A DNA stretch of 64,000 bases from Carcharhinus amblyrhynchos (lineage: Eukaryota), in NCBI GenBank assembly GCA_965287045.1, contig OZ336887.1:27838001-27902000 (forward strand), written 5' to 3'. Made by a program: the position numbers and the translations under genes. Of the stretch, positions 37,546 through 51,148 are shown one piece after another. The first letter of the stretch is position 1; the number at the start of each line of letters is the position of its first letter. A model generated the notes under the pieces. It worked only from the letters and a program-made list of their open reading frames with translations. It did no database searches and was not told the DNA's origin.

Positions 37546-39271
37546 AATGAAGGATTGGTTCAATAGTCTGAAATGTCACATCAACATGCAGGAGATCAAT
37601 GTCTTTGGTTTTATTTGTTATTGCTGGCAAGTTTTGGAGTTGTTGGCAAGTTCTGGAAGATCTGGATATTTCTGAATTGAAGTTCAGAAGTCTCTTTTCT
37701 GATGATTATGGCTAACAAAGCATCTCAAATTTCATGCAATTTAGAAGCAACACAGTTCTGAGACCCTGGGGCTCACCTTGTCGATTAACATCTCTCTGAG
37801 ACAGCCTCCATTTTGAATTATTTCTGTTGAAGCAGCCTGCTGTAACTACAGTTAAGATGACCAATGTGTTTTGCGGCACATGGAAAAGTGAACAATCATG
37901 TTTTTTTTCAAAAAATGCCCAGTTCTTTGTGTTAATTGTATTCTGCAGACCATGAATACTGAATAGGGCAAAAAAAACGCCTCATGTAAGTCAGACCTCA
38001 TCTCTTACATTCTTCTTAAGCAGGGCAGGAATTATTTTAAACTCCAGTAATTTAAAAAACTAATCTCTAAAGCGCAGTTCCTAACTGAGGGGAAAAAAAT
38101 TTGCTGGTTCCAATATGAATAGATGCTATGCCTAGTTAATATTTCAATGTAAATGTCACTTTGATAATGTTAAGCACCACACTATTCAATTGCATGGCTT
38201 GCAATATTTGAAGTTTGATATAGTACCTCACCAAATCCAATACATAGGCAGCAGTAATTCAGTAAATCAGTTTAGTACTCCGCAGTTTGTTATGTTGTAT
38301 AAAAGTGACTGCACTGCAAATACAATAGTGATAATAAAAACTTCTATTGGTGGAGGAGAGTAATGAATTTTGTCGCCTCAGCAGAGGTCCAGATGAAATT
38401 TATTGTGATTTTTGTCATGTTGGGGAAGATCAATATAGTTTTGTTAATAACCTGCAGTATGGACCCCCTCCTGGGATGTGGCATTTTACTTATACTCTGG
38501 CACTGCCAGTCATCGTTGGTGCAATAACCATTTAAAGCTGCAGGAAAGGGTGGAAAAACATGTATATCCACAGATTCTTTTCTTTGCTCTGTCCAAGGAT
38601 CATATTTGTGTGGACGCACATTTTTCTTTTAACAGTGGAATGTCTGCATCTCTTTTCAAAGAAAAGTTTTGGAGGAAACCTTTCGCGTTTATAATTGTCG
38701 CCTGTGTCAGTTGTTCAAGGCTTGCTCCCGTTTAGCAGAAGGTTCAGAGAGATTTACTGAAGGTGTGCTTTGTATTGGCAGTCTCAGCACTTTAGCAGAG
38801 CCTTTGTTCTGGTTGCAGGAGTGCATTTTCTGTCATGGTAGAGAGCTCAGGTTGGAAGCGTAGATGAGGGTGGGATGACAAGATTCAGTGGCAGAAATTC
38901 ACTCATTGTTATGCAGCAAAATGAATGTGCAGTAAGTACAAAATAAATTATTGTGATATTTGAAGATTTCCTCTTGAGTGAGTTACATAAATTGCCTTCA
39001 TGAGTGAGATTATCTTTATGCTCATAGTTGTGCTATTGTGATGTCTCTGAACGTTACAGTTAATGACTAATATGAAAAGGGAACGGTGCTGACATTAAAT
39101 CATTTTCAAACTTAGAACCTTGAAAATTTTGATAGCCTGAGTAACAAAACTCCAACGCTGGAGTTGCAATTGTTCACCCACTTCTCCAAAAAATAAAGCT
39201 AAAAAAACGCGGATGCTAGAATCCGAAACAAGGATAGAGAATGCTGGAAAATCTCAGAGAATAGAGCCAAT

Positions 39272-39420
39272 GGGCAGACGTTTTCTGTCCCACCCACCAC
39301 AGATATCGTAGCGGGCAGGGGGGGTGGGGGATGTGGGGTGGGGGGGGAACCATGCAAAGATCCGTTGGCCTTGGGTGGGATTTTCCGGTTTTGGAGCGAA
39401 CGTGGCCAGAAAATCCCACC
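39272..39420 (+). mobile_element. MITE with expanded G-rich interior
   Basis: Ends gggcagacgttttctg / cagaaaatcccaccc; same family as 18776-18903; lies between two inverted Penelope-like fragments. Confidence 0.65.
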
Positions 39421-39637
39421 CAACATTTCAAATTTTTCTCTCCACAGATGCTGTCAGACCCACTGAGATTTTCCAGCATGGTCTGTTTTTGTAAACCTAA
39501 AAATGTTTGCCATAGTCGGAATGGGACCACACAAGCTGTTGCTTAACATGTCACTCCAAGTAAGTAGGATTTAGTAAGTGCATTTAGTTTACATATATGC
39601 CCAATGTTACCTGATTTCACACCAGAACTGAAATGTT

Positions 39638-39872
39638 TGAACAAAGTACAAAAAAAATTACAGCATAGGAACAGGCCCTTCGGCCCTCTAAGCCTGCACT
39701 GACCATGCTGCCCATCTGAACTAAAACCCTCTACCCTTCCAGGGACCATATCCCTCCATTTCCATCCTATTCATTTATTCGTCCAGACACCCCTTAAATG
39801 TCACTATCGTATATACTTCCACTACCTCCCCCGGCAGCGAGTTCCGGGCACCCGTCACCCTCTGCGTAAAAA
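39638..39872 (-). mobile_element. CR1 LINE 3' end
   Basis: ttacagcataggaacaggcccttcggccc...gagttccgggcacccgtcaccctctgcgtaaaaaa (reverse of FFTQRV..W). Confidence 0.8.
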
Positions 39873-40239
39873 ATCTGCTTTGATGGAAATTTCTTTTGCA
39901 ACTCTTGATTTTTTTTTAACCATGACCCACACCACAACTTGATGAATTTCTGTCAGTCTCAGTGCAGCTGGTTTCTTTGCCCTACACCCAGCTTCACATA
40001 ATGGAAGTGGGGCAGCAGAGGCAGGAAGCTCTAACAGTAAGACACCAAGCAGTGCCCTGGCTATTATCCATTTTGGTGGTGCTGTACTTGCACTTATTTT
40101 ATTGTCAATGATAGGCCAATGAATATCACAGGAAGTCCATCAGCAGGATTGACTTAGTAATGGGATCCTGCTTCGCAGTCCCTCAAAGTGAGGAGGATGT
40201 TTGCCACTGACCCCATGGTAAAGGCTTGCACACAGAATC

Positions 40240-40473
40240 TTTTAATATGGGAAGCTGTTGCACTGTAGCTACTGCATGGTTGTAGCTGACCAGAAAACGC
40301 TCCCATCTCACCGTCTGTCGTCAGGTGTATTTGAAGGATTTGCAAGTCGAAAATCAACATGCTTGACCACTCCATAAACACACCCCTCTTGGCCATCAAG
40401 TCCTGGGGTGGGACTTGAATCCAGAACTTCTAGGCTCAGAGGTAGGAACGTTACCCACTGCACCATAAACCTC
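40240..40473 (-). mobile_element. tRNA-derived SINE (family of 29653-29889)
   Basis: Shared gatttgcaagt...ccatcaagtcctgg.gtgggact.gaat...acccactgc. Confidence 0.65.
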
Positions 40474-40756
40474 ATGTAAATGGGATCTAGGAAATCCTAG
40501 ACAATGGCTACAGCTCAGCTCAAGTGGACAATTCACAATACACATTTACTTATTTACTTACAACAATTTAAGAGAAGTGAGATCCTGCTTAATTCAGGTG
40601 GACGGAAGTTTCTTGGTGTTAGGTAGAAATTTGCTGCTTTAAGTGTACCCAGACTGTAGCACTCGATTCAGAATTAGCTATTATTTTTCAAATTGGACAG
40701 TAGATTTTGATACATATTAATAAATTATGGCCCTGAGGTGTAGATTTCTGGACTCT

Positions 40757-40938
40757 TGATTTGATTTATTATTGTCACATGTAATGGTATACAATTTCTT
40801 GCATATAGTACAGACAAAGCATACGGTTCATAGAGAAGGAAAGGAGAGAGCGCAGAATGTAGTGTCACAATCATAGGTAGGATGCAGAGGAAGATCAACA
40901 TAGTGTGAGGTAGGTCCATTCAAAAGTCTGATGGTAGC
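40757..40938 (-). mobile_element. Rex1/Babar-type LINE 3' end
   Basis: Same tail as 30214-30420. Confidence 0.8.
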
Positions 40939-43900
40939 TAAGAGGATGACGATTTCTGTTCTGAGTCTCTGTTGAGATTCAGGCACACCTTCCCTCATTA
41001 TGTGGGCTTTACATCTCTTGACTGTTTACTAAAAAGATCAGACTCAACCTGCAGAATTACAGGAAGAGCAATTCTGTAATATGAACATGTTGTTTCTTTG
41101 CACTGACACTGTGCCTGACTTGTTGAGTGTTCCCTCCATTTTCAGTTGATGTTTCAGGCGTATGGTCCTTGTGTTGAGGTTGGCCATGAGCCCTTTTTGG
41201 TTTAAAATGTTCTACTTTCTCAGTTGAAAGAGCCAAAATGCATTGCAGCAGGGATCATTTTAATGTGCTGGAAAATACATTCATCACTTTTAAAATGGAT
41301 GAATAAGAAATATTTGTGTACCGCTCCCATTGAGTTGTGAATGCAATAAATTGACTGTGCTTTTTTTCAAGGACCCGTTCACCAATTATGTACCGCAGGC
41401 TTCTGTCTCTTAGTAGCAAGATATGTGTGTGCACATGGATTGAAAAGGACTTAAACTACTGCCAAGGCCCCAGCAAGTTGATTCTTGTGCATCATTCTAG
41501 TAGTTAGTTTGCATAGACAGTACAATTAAATAATGCTTGATGCAGATAATCTCTGCAATATTTGTAAATTCTTAAAGAATATATATCCAGCTGAAAAGCA
41601 ATTAATTGCTGAAGTTTGGGAACACAGTCTGTTAGAATTTTCAAATAACTAATAATCCTAGAGAAAGTATTGTTGAAATGTTTTTATGTTCAAGAACAAG
41701 CATTCGGATGGAATATTAAAATAAAGAAGTTTTCTCGTTGATAGACATCATAAGATTATTTGTCGGGATTTAAACATTTGTCAGCATTTTGCAGTATTAA
41801 TGCTGAGACAAGGTGCAGCAGAACAATTTATCCTCAATGAGAATGCACAAAGTAAGATTTATGACTTTTGTATCTCAGATGACATTTCTTACATAGTTGC
41901 CGTGATACAGCAAATTAAAGGGCTTTGAGAATACCATGGGGTGTGTTTTTGTAATGAAGGAGTAGAGACCGAGGCAATAAGAAGATAATTAAGGTAACAA
42001 CTTGTGAAAAATTAAAGTGTCTTTGTCTTTCATTTTTCGAATCTCGGAGCATAAACTTTGAAGTTGTTAATTTAATTGCTGATATTCTCCAAATCCCTAA
42101 AGAATGTTGAGGATTAATCATCTGTTCCATTCCAACAGGAGATAAGCCCTAAGTCAATTGAAATGTTAGTGATCTAACCCTGTATGCAATATAATTTGAC
42201 AAGATTAACAAATTTTAATTGTGATGTCTAATGTTCTATGAGTGTTTCTGTCCTTAGAGTATCCTTACCAATTCATACAGAGATAATTGTTGCAAAATGC
42301 ATGTTTTTCAACAGTGGAGGGAAAGAAAATACAATTTGTTGCAAGAACATTAATCCAACGTCCATTATTATGTGGACATTTTGTCTTACTTAGTCATGTG
42401 AGAGTACAAGTGTCATATCCACAATACATCCCAGAGCAATAATGAGCTGGGAATGTCCTAAATTCCCAGACTTGAACATTTTAACCCTGTATTTTGGACC
42501 AGAGTAGTAAGTGATTTAGGATGAATGATGATTAGCTTCTAAGAAGTTGAAAAATAACTTCCCTTTTTAAGGCTTTGAAAAGACAATCACCATCCATAGT
42601 TTATGTCCTCTTTCAGAAGTATAAAACTAATAATTAGTTAAAAAATAAAACACTTTGTTAATTCTGATACAGTCTTATTCTGCAATTAATCAAACGTAAT
42701 GAAAGATTACATTGGGCAACTGGGCATGGTTAGAAGATAAATAATTGAGATTTCTACTAAAAGCAAAAACTTACCTTGCACTGTAACACAGTAAATCATT
42801 TTGAACAGTCTCCTGTGCCTCTTGCTGCTCAAGCTCTTGCTCCTCCAGGCTCCATGTCAGCCTGTGATGGGCCCTCCTTCTCATCTGGATGGGAGCCATT
42901 ATTCAGGCAGAGTTACCTGCATCCTGCATACCCCAGTGGATCTGTGAAGTGACAGATTTCGTGAGCATGTCCTTTACAGGTTTCCTTCCATCTCAGAGTC
43001 AGCAGGCCTGAGCTAAGCTCTTTACCTGGCCTCCATTTTGACAAGGCATCCACACCCTACCCCTTCCAGTTGAAAGGCATCTGAGAGGAACAGAGATGGG
43101 CACTTCTCCCGGACATATTTTGCATAAATGCACATTGCTGTTTGAGAGCAATGGGGAAGAAGCTTACCTTCTGACACTATTTCATTTGCCTCCACTCCTC
43201 TTGGGACTCTAAACAGAGACCGTTGCCTTGGCAGCATGGAAAGCCCATGTCAGCCATGACCATTTGCCTGGGGAATGGAGGTTTGGAGTGACAAGTTGGC
43301 TGCAATTCATCATCTGAGCTCATTGGAAGCATCTAGCTCCTTCCCTCCCTTCAGGGAATGGGATCGAAATTAAGTCAATCCTGTGCAAGTTAGCTTTGCA
43401 CCTTATGTGGATGCATAACTGAACTTGCCAGTAACACAACAGTGGGAACATTGGTGAGGTCCATATTTTTGGCCTTATATTCAATGTTATTGGTTCACCA
43501 TGCTGATTGACTGGTGTAGCGAGCTGGAAAGATTGTGGCCAAGCTTAAACGATGCAAAGTTGATGTTGTGGGGATTTGATGTTTCATCAATGCTGTACTA
43601 TGTTATAAACAATGACCATGAATTTCTGGTAATAGCAGTGAGTTTAAGGCACACATCATTATTAATGTCTAAATAATGCAATAAATACTTTGTGCTGAGA
43701 AGGAGCTATGCTGTGATACACTGCACAGCATACAGATATGCTGTATTGTTGCACAACTTGTGCCACTCTGCCATTAGCCTTCAGAAAATGTGGAGCTTAT
43801 CTTCAGTCTCCCCATTTGAAAGTTTCCTGCATGCAAACTGGCTGTGTTTCCTACAACGTAACTACGACAACACTTCAGAAGTATTTAATTGGCTGTAAAG

Positions 43901-44944
43901 TGCCTCAGGCTGACCATAGGGAAAAGCACTATAGAATTGCAAGTCCTTTCCTTTATCTTGTTGGATAAAGAGGCAGACTTACTAAGTTTCCAGATTCTCC
44001 ATTATCAGCTCACACTAGCAGAGCCCATGGCTAAACATTTTTCAACTGAAGGAGGAGGAGAAAAATCTAATAAATGGGACACATCATAAGATGTTCCACT
44101 CCAGCACCCTCTAGACAAACATCATCACGAGCATGGACTGCATGCAATGCAACCTTACAGATGGCTAGCACATTGCTTTAGACACAGCCATAATACCTCT
44201 GTGATTCAGATTGCATATTGAAATATTAGTGTGATCCGGATCCCATGGTGCACTCAGCTTGTGGTACGGATGCTACAACTGACTGAGAATTTCATAACCC
44301 CACAACATTTCACAAAATTGTATCTTGTCAGTTTCAAGTGATGTTTCCATCAGACCTCAACCAGAATCATTACCTAGGCTGGTGGTGGTCCTGTGCAAAC
44401 TGCCCTCACCCTGGTACTAAGGCTTGTCGCTGAGGAAAAGGGTTCAGAGGCAGTTATGGTCAGAGTGAGCAGTTAGGGGAAAGGTACAGGCAGAGGAGGG
44501 AGAATAAATCTTTGTGTGGGCTTGAAGGACCCATAAGGACACTGGCATAGTCAAGAAATGACAAATATATCTTCATCAGCTGGGCTACTTTATAAAATAA
44601 TTTTGTTTTTCTCGGCTGTTAATAATGGAGAATTGTCGAGCTAACACGTCGTTCAGCCAGTCACCTGATACCTTGCAGCAGTTTCAAGGTAGCAATGACC
44701 ACAGGGACGAGGATCCAGTCCTGCTACCTCTGAACAAAGGGAAACCTTCACAAGTCGCAATCACTCATAATCAGAATCAGAGTAACTTTTCTGTAATGAG
44801 TGGGTAGCAAGTGGGGAAATCAGGGCAGTTTAAATTGACCCCCTCATCCACCCTCCTCCCCTCTCCTCTTTCTTACAATTTTATGCGCTGTAACATTCTG
44901 GATCTAGATTCGTCTGGTGACATCTTTCTCTGGCATGGCCAAAA

Positions 44945-45024
44945 CACAGTAAAAAGTCTGACAACACCAGGTTTTAATCCAACCGATGTATTTGATAGTA
45001 AACTCACAAGCTTTCGAGGGGACT
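44945..45024 (-). mobile_element. Penelope-like terminal fragment (3' half of hammerhead)
   Basis: Minus strand CGAAAGCTTGTGAGTTTACTATCAAATA...GGTGTTGTCAGACTT matches 48110-48178. Confidence 0.7.
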
Positions 45025-45724
45025 CTGGCCAAAACCCAGAGTTAAATTACAGCCCAGGGTCAAAACCCTTTCAGATTCTGAGTGATAAGATCAGACCTGA
45101 TTTTTGAATATTGATGAGGGTCCTCACTTGCTTGTGGCAGGCATCACACATGCTGCCTAAGATCGACCATCACGTGGGCTAGCAAGCAGGTAAAATCAGA
45201 ACCAGATATACCAGCAATGGCTCCAGCTGATTTTAACTTTATCCCTCAGGCTCTTACACAACTCACACCAGTGTAGAGCATACACTCATTTAAAGGGGAA
45301 TGCTAGGTAATCCATATTAGTAACATTTTCCTGTAACAATTGTGTGAAATATAAAGGTACAAGGCTTTTGTTACTACTTGCAATTTCTTATCCTCACAGT
45401 CAATCCTTCACTGCATGTGAACAAAGCCATTTTGTGAGTAATTAGCATTTAATCTTGTTAGTTTATGTGACCGAGGTAAAATTGGTAGATTTTGCTCCAT
45501 CTCCACCCTCCCCTCAACCATCGCCATTCCCCTCACTATAATACTGCTCCGGATTCCTTTTGTTATCTTTTTTCACAAATGAGTTAAAAATAATAGACCA
45601 ACACTTACTTCATTATCTTGACCAAGACAATGAACAATCTTTTCCATGACTTTTATTGGTTTGTGATTTTGGAGTTATAACAGGATGATGAGTATCAGTT
45701 AATGAGCATTGTATATGATTATAT

Positions 45725-45973
45725 TCATAGAATCCCTATAGTACAGAAGGAGGCCATTCAGCACATCGAGCAGGCCCTATTCCCATAACCCTCATTTACC
45801 CTGATAATCCCCCCGACACTAGGGTCAATTTAGCATAGCATAGTAATCTAACCCACACGTCTTTGGAGTTTGGGAGGAAACCCTTGCAGACAGAGAGGGA
45901 AAATGCAAACTTCACACAGTGACCCGAGGCTGGAATTGAACCCGGGTCCCTGGCGCGGTGACACAGCAGTGCC
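45725..45973 (-). mobile_element. HE1-type SINE
   Basis: Same head, core and tail as 13068-13375. Confidence 0.85.
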
Positions 45974-46215
45974 TCATTGTTACAATTATTGGAGTTGTTC
46001 ATGAATTGCTCAGGTTAAGGTGAGAAGGTCGCAGGGCCTTTTTCAGTGCTTCCTGCCATCCAGCTATGAAGCTGAATCATTTGACTATTTCTCATAAACG
46101 TCAGTGAATATATATGGGCTTGCTTCATATAATTCTGCAGACACAACTCCCATTCACTTGTTTGGTTTTTGTTTCTCCTTAAGGAATGTGAGAAATCTCT
46201 GGCTTTTGCTTCATG

Positions 46216-46600
46216 TTATGAACATGGCCCAGTCCATCACACAAACCAGCCTCCCATCCATTGACTCTGTCTACATTTCCCACTGTCTCAGGAAAAGCAG
46301 CCAGCATAATCAAAGACCTCATGCACCCTGGACATACACACTTCCACCTTCTGTCAGGAAAAAGATATCAAAGTTCTGAGGTCATGTACCGAGTCATTCA
46401 ATAACAGCTTCTTCCTTGCTGCTGTCAGATTTTTGAATGGACCTACCTCACACTAAATTTCTCTGTACCCTAGCTATGACTGTAACACTACATTCTGCAC
46501 ACTCTTGTTTCCTTCTCTATGAACGGCATGCTTTGTGTGTATTGCATGCAAGAAATAATACTTTTCACTGTATATTAATAATAAATCAAATCAAATCAAA
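46216..46600 (+). mobile_element. Rex1/Babar-type LINE 3' fragment
   Basis: VMNMAQSITQTSLPSIDSVYISHCL peptide; (aaatc)n tail. Confidence 0.85.
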
Positions 46601-47349
46601 ATCATTGAAGGATAACAGTGATACCATACAATTATATCCTCAGTACATTAGAATGCCACATCAGTAAGAGCAGTGGTCCTAATCAAATCAAATGATATTA
46701 TTCACACTTCCCCTCACAACCAGATTCATCCTCTTACTTCTTTTGTTTCCGTTGCTGGTTGCTACCGCCCACTAATCCCTTTTTGTGCAAGTATCAATGA
46801 TATGAGAATATCTTAAGCATACAGGCACTCTTAGACTGGCTGATATTTCCTTCCAGATATCTCAGCTACAGCACTTTACATAAGTGAAATCCCACCAAAA
46901 AAACTTCATCCAAATAAGATGAGTGGATAATTTAACTCTCTTGCCTCAGATGCGCTCAACAACACTAATGGTGCTGCACAAAGTTGGGGGGCAGGGGGGC
47001 AGTGCCCAGTTTTGCGGGATTTGTTCCTGAAAACTGAAGCTCATTGCACGAGGTAGATTGGTGTGAGTTGCCGAAAACTAATAAGCTCGGAACTTGTGTT
47101 CCAAGGGGTCGTACTCTGGAGGTTTGAAGATGCTCTGAGGGACCCTCCCAGATGACTCTCACAAGGAGTTCATGGGAAATCTCCATGAAATTTAAACTTT
47201 GGATGGTCAATTAACCTCACAATGAGAAAAATCACTCTGACTTAAATCAGAGACTTGGGATGGTTCTGACTCTTTTACCAGAATGGTTACTCAGAAAAGG
47301 TTCAAAGGACTAAAACCATTTCTAACTCCTGGGTAACTATGGGACTGAC

Positions 47350-47900
47350 TCTCCCCTCGCCCCCACCACAGAACCCCCTGACTCCCACTGGCTCTGCTTG
47401 ACTAACTCTCCATCTCTCAACTACCTGATAACCCTCAACACCCCCTACCCTTCACTACTCCCCACCCCAAAACTTGACATCCCAACCTCCCCAACACTGC
47501 CACATCTGCTCCCCCAACTCTGGCTCCACCACCCTGCCTACCCCTCAACCTGATCACCCAACACCCTCTATCCACCCGACTCGCTTCAAACCCACCACCC
47601 CCTCTGACTACACCCCAACTATCCCTCACTCCCCCAACCATTCCCATCCCCCTGACTACCCTCCCACCACCCCATTCTCTGATAAACACACACACTCCCA
47701 ACTCCTCCCCATTCCCTGAATAAAGCCTGACCGTTCGTTCCCCACCGGACACCTGATTCGAATAACCATCCGATCTCCCTGACCACCAGCTCCCCTTGAT
47801 TGCCCAACAACACGACAATATACCTGTTCCCCTAACCATTCCACCCCCCTGCAACCATGTGACTCTTCCTGATCACCCTCTTCCCTCCTCCTCCTCACCC
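47350..47900. repeat. C-rich low-complexity tract (degenerate cccctgac-type units)
   Basis: Strong C skew with recurring cccctgact/cccacc motifs; probably the interior of a non-autonomous DNA element. Confidence 0.6.
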
Positions 47901-48079
47901 ACTTCGTGTACACGCATACCTTCTCCCTGGCTTCTCAAACTGATTGTGACATTTAAACTTACCTGCTTTATGGCAGCTCGTGCCTTAAAAACAATGCCTT
48001 CAACATTGCTGCCCTGCACTGGAAGGACTCTGCAGCTGCTGTGCTACATGTTGTTATATGCTCTGCCTGAGGCCAGAAC

Positions 48080-48180
48080 TCTCCATTCACCTGACGAAGG
48101 GGCAAGCCCCGAAGGCTTGTGAGTTTACTATCAAATAAATTGGTTGGACTTTAATCGGGTGTTGTGAGACTTCTTACTGC
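48080..48180 (+). mobile_element. Penelope-like terminal fragment
   Basis: aaataaa..ggttggacttta...ggtgttgtgagacttcttact is shared with 14205-14251. Confidence 0.75.
48085..48124 (+). ncRNA. Minimal type-I hammerhead ribozyme motif (one core change)
   Basis: AUUCAC-CUGACGA-A-GGGG-CAAG-CCCC-GAAG-GC-UU-GUGAGU: 6-bp stem I, Watson-Crick stem II, GAAA changed to GAAG. Confidence 0.7.
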
Positions 48181-49117
48181 ATGTTGCTCACCAGGCCTGG
48201 CTCAATAGAAATACGTGCAGCTCCAGACCTGGGGAAGGGAAAAGGGACTGAGTGCCATTCCTCGGAAGTTCTGGGCCTATATAATGTTTAAATGTATCCT
48301 AATCTGTTTCCATAACAACTGGTCTGGTACATTACTGTCCAAAATAGAAACACATTGTCTGCGGGCTCAGTGAAAAAGCTGTATAAGTGCATTTTTAAAA
48401 TGAGCAAGATGGTTGGCTGTTGCATTGGGCAATCTAAATAGATTTGCTTATTCTCATCTCAGATATGCTGCAATTTGCAGACAAATCCTCAAGGTTTGAA
48501 GCTGATTGAGTTGTCCATCATGGCCCTCTGAATGTCCTCATTGGAACTGAACAGCCTTCCACCTCTTGGGCAATAGCCACTGAAGAAACACTTTATAGGA
48601 ACTGTATCATAGGAACACAATAACGGGACAAAGAGTTTGCATAATGATAATTCTTCATTGCTTTGTTAATTGTTAAATGCAGAATTAATTTGTTTCAGTT
48701 TTGGATTTGGATTTGATGTTAATGTTTATATTTTAACCAAGTAAGGGCAAGGTCCACCAAGTTAGGATAAAGGAAGACATCCAGCTGGCAATATATAGAC
48801 AATGGTCAAGATTGTGGAAGTATTGTTGCAATGGAATTGGGTTTGGTGAAGTGGTGAAGTGTTGAGGGTTGTCTGAGAGTTCGGGCAGCTGAGAGTATGA
48901 GAATTAATGTCATTTCTCTTCCTCCTCTTCATGACAAATTTTAGCTTAGCTAGCTAGATGGTTAGAGCATAATGTAAAATAACATGAACAGCATGGGCTG
49001 TGGCAATTTATGGAAGTTTGTCTCTTCACCCTGTTCTTCACTCACAAGTGGCGTCCCTCAAACTACAAATGTATGTGTGTAATGGAGAGAGGTGCTTATG
49101 GTCCTTTGCGGAATTGG

Positions 49118-49310
49118 GCTAATTATCAAATCCCTTCACAGTCATTGTGTCAAATTCCTGGAACGCCCTTTTGAACAGCATTGTCGGAATTGCTACAACA
49201 CGGGGACTTGCAACAGTTCAACAAGACAGCATCTTCTGCTGGGCAATGAGGACTGGGCAATTAATGCTGGCCTGGCTAAAGATGCCCACATCCCATGAGT
49301 GAATAAAAAA
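49118..49310 (+). mobile_element. LINE 3' end (GAAT-tailed CR1-like family)
   Basis: aaattcctggaacgccc...gggcaattaatgctggcctggc...cccacatcccatgagtgaataaaaaaa; reverse copies at about 19730-19830 and 33935-34070. Confidence 0.65.
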
Positions 49311-49577
49311 ACTCTTCCTCCTCCTGCTGCACTCCTTAAAGAAAAAAGCACATATTCATAAAGCATCGTACACAATCTCAGCATAGTCCCAAAGTGCTTT
49401 ACAGCAGTCACAAAAGAAAAGGCTATAAGTTTCTCATTGTGTTTATGGAAAGTAATGTAGGTGTTCTCCCAGATATGTACAGCTTAATGACTTCCTTGAT
49501 ATAGCAGTTGTGAATCAAGCACTAATGTAAATTCAATACTTTACAAAAAAAGTATTGGGCAGCACGGTTGCATAATG

Positions 49578-49935
49578 GATGGCATGGTGGCACAGTGGTT
49601 AGCATTACTGCCTCACAGCACCAAGGATCTGGGTTCAATTCCAGCCTCAGGTCACTGTCTATGTGGAGTTTTCACATACTCCCTGTGTCTGCATGGATTT
49701 CCTCCAGGTGCTCCAATTTCCTCCCACACTCCAGTGATGTATAGATTAGGTGGATTGGCCGTGCTAAATTGGCCCTTAGTGTTCCAAGATGTGTAGATTA
49801 GGGATTAGCAGGGTAAATGCATGGGGTTAAGGGGATAGTGTGGAGGCGTGAGCGTAGGTGAGAAGTTCTGTCAGAGAATTAGTGCAGACTTGATGGGCCA
49901 AATGGCCTTCTTCTGCATCATAGGGATGCTATGAT
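49578..49935 (+). mobile_element. HE1-type SINE, full length
   Basis: ggcatggtggcacagtggttagc (A box)...gggttcaattcc (B box)...gatgggccaaatggccttcttctgc tail. Confidence 0.9.
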
Positions 49936-49992
49936 TTAGATATTCTAATTATTTTAATTAGCAATTTAAATAATTCTGACATGTTTCCTAGA

Positions 49993-50470
49993 TGCAGACA
50001 AGATTTACTAGGATGCTACCAGGACTTGATGGATTGAGTTATAAGGAAAGGCTGGATAGACTAGAATTTTTTTCTCTGGAGCGTAGGAGGCTTAGGGGTG
50101 ATCTTAATGAGGTCTATAAAATAATGAGGGGCATAGATCAGTTATATAGTCAGTATCTTCTCCCAAAGATAGGGGAGTCTAAAACTAGAAGGCAGAGGTG
50201 AGAAGGGAGAGGTACAAAAGTGCCAGAGGGACAATTTTTTCACACACTGGGTGGTGAGTGTCTGGAACAAGCTGCCAGAGGTAGTGGTAGAAGCGGGTAC
50301 AATTTTGTCTTTTAAAAAGCACTTAGGCAGTTACATGGGTAAGATAGATATAGAGAGATATGGGCCAAATGCGAGGCAATTGGGACTGGCTTGGGAGTTA
50401 AAGAAAGGGGTGGCATGGACAAGTTGGGCTGAAGGGCCTGTTTCCATGCTGTAAACCTCTATAACTTCTA
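49993..50470 (+). mobile_element. CR1 LINE 3' fragment
   Basis: QTRFTRMLPGLDGLSYKERLDRL...RRLRGDL.EVYKIM, VSVWNKLP and tail. Confidence 0.9.
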
Positions 50471-50819
50471 TGAGATGCCTAGAGGCAGCCCAATCCAATA
50501 TAAGGGGTGAGGTACTTCTGGCTCACCGTGAAGATGTGTGTCATATTGGAACTATAGGGGCCTGTTTTGCTGCTGAAACAAAATGGATGCAGAACCTACT
50601 AAGTTTTAGGCTCCTGAGTACTTTTCCCACCAATGGCAAGTTCATTGCCAACTACACTCGTTGGACTTAAGAATGGGTAGGATGGCACCAGATGAGATAA
50701 TAAAGAAAGCAGATTGTTGTAAACAAACCCCTACTTCATAGCTGTCCTTTAAAGACGAGAACCTGATAGCACTTCTGCCTGATCTGGCCTGTGTGTCACT
50801 CCAGTCCCAACATTTTTGT

Positions 50820-51148
50820 TTGTTTTATTCATTCATGGGACATGCATTTATTGCCAATCCCTAGGTCCTCTTGGAGGGCAGTTGAGCATCAACCACATTG
50901 CTGTGGCTCTGGAGTCACATGCAGACCAGGTAAGGTCTGATTTCCTTCCCTAAAGGACATTAGTGAACCAGATGGGTTTTTCTGAATCAAGAAAGGTTTG
51001 ATGGTCATCAGCAGATTCTTAATTCCAGTCTTTCTTTATTGAATTCAAAGACCACCATCTGCCGTGGCGGAATTCAAACCCGGGTCCCCCAGAGCGTTAG
51101 CTGAGTTTCTGGATGAATAGTCTAGTGATAATACCACTGCCATCACCT
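50820..51148 (-). mobile_element. tRNA-derived SINE with GAAT-type LINE tail, near full length
   Basis: Minus-strand head ggtgatggcagtggtattatc...gacccgggtttgaattccgcc (B box); tail matches 49250-49310. Confidence 0.8.

Noticed and set aside
37949-37985. AG/GTAAGT-bounded 37-nt segment (also the strong acceptor at 18475)
   Set aside because: Stops in all three frames, so it is not a coding exon. A non-coding exon cannot be supported without RNA data.
47435-47913. Gly- or Pro-rich ORFs
   Set aside because: They are by-products of the C-rich low-complexity tract.
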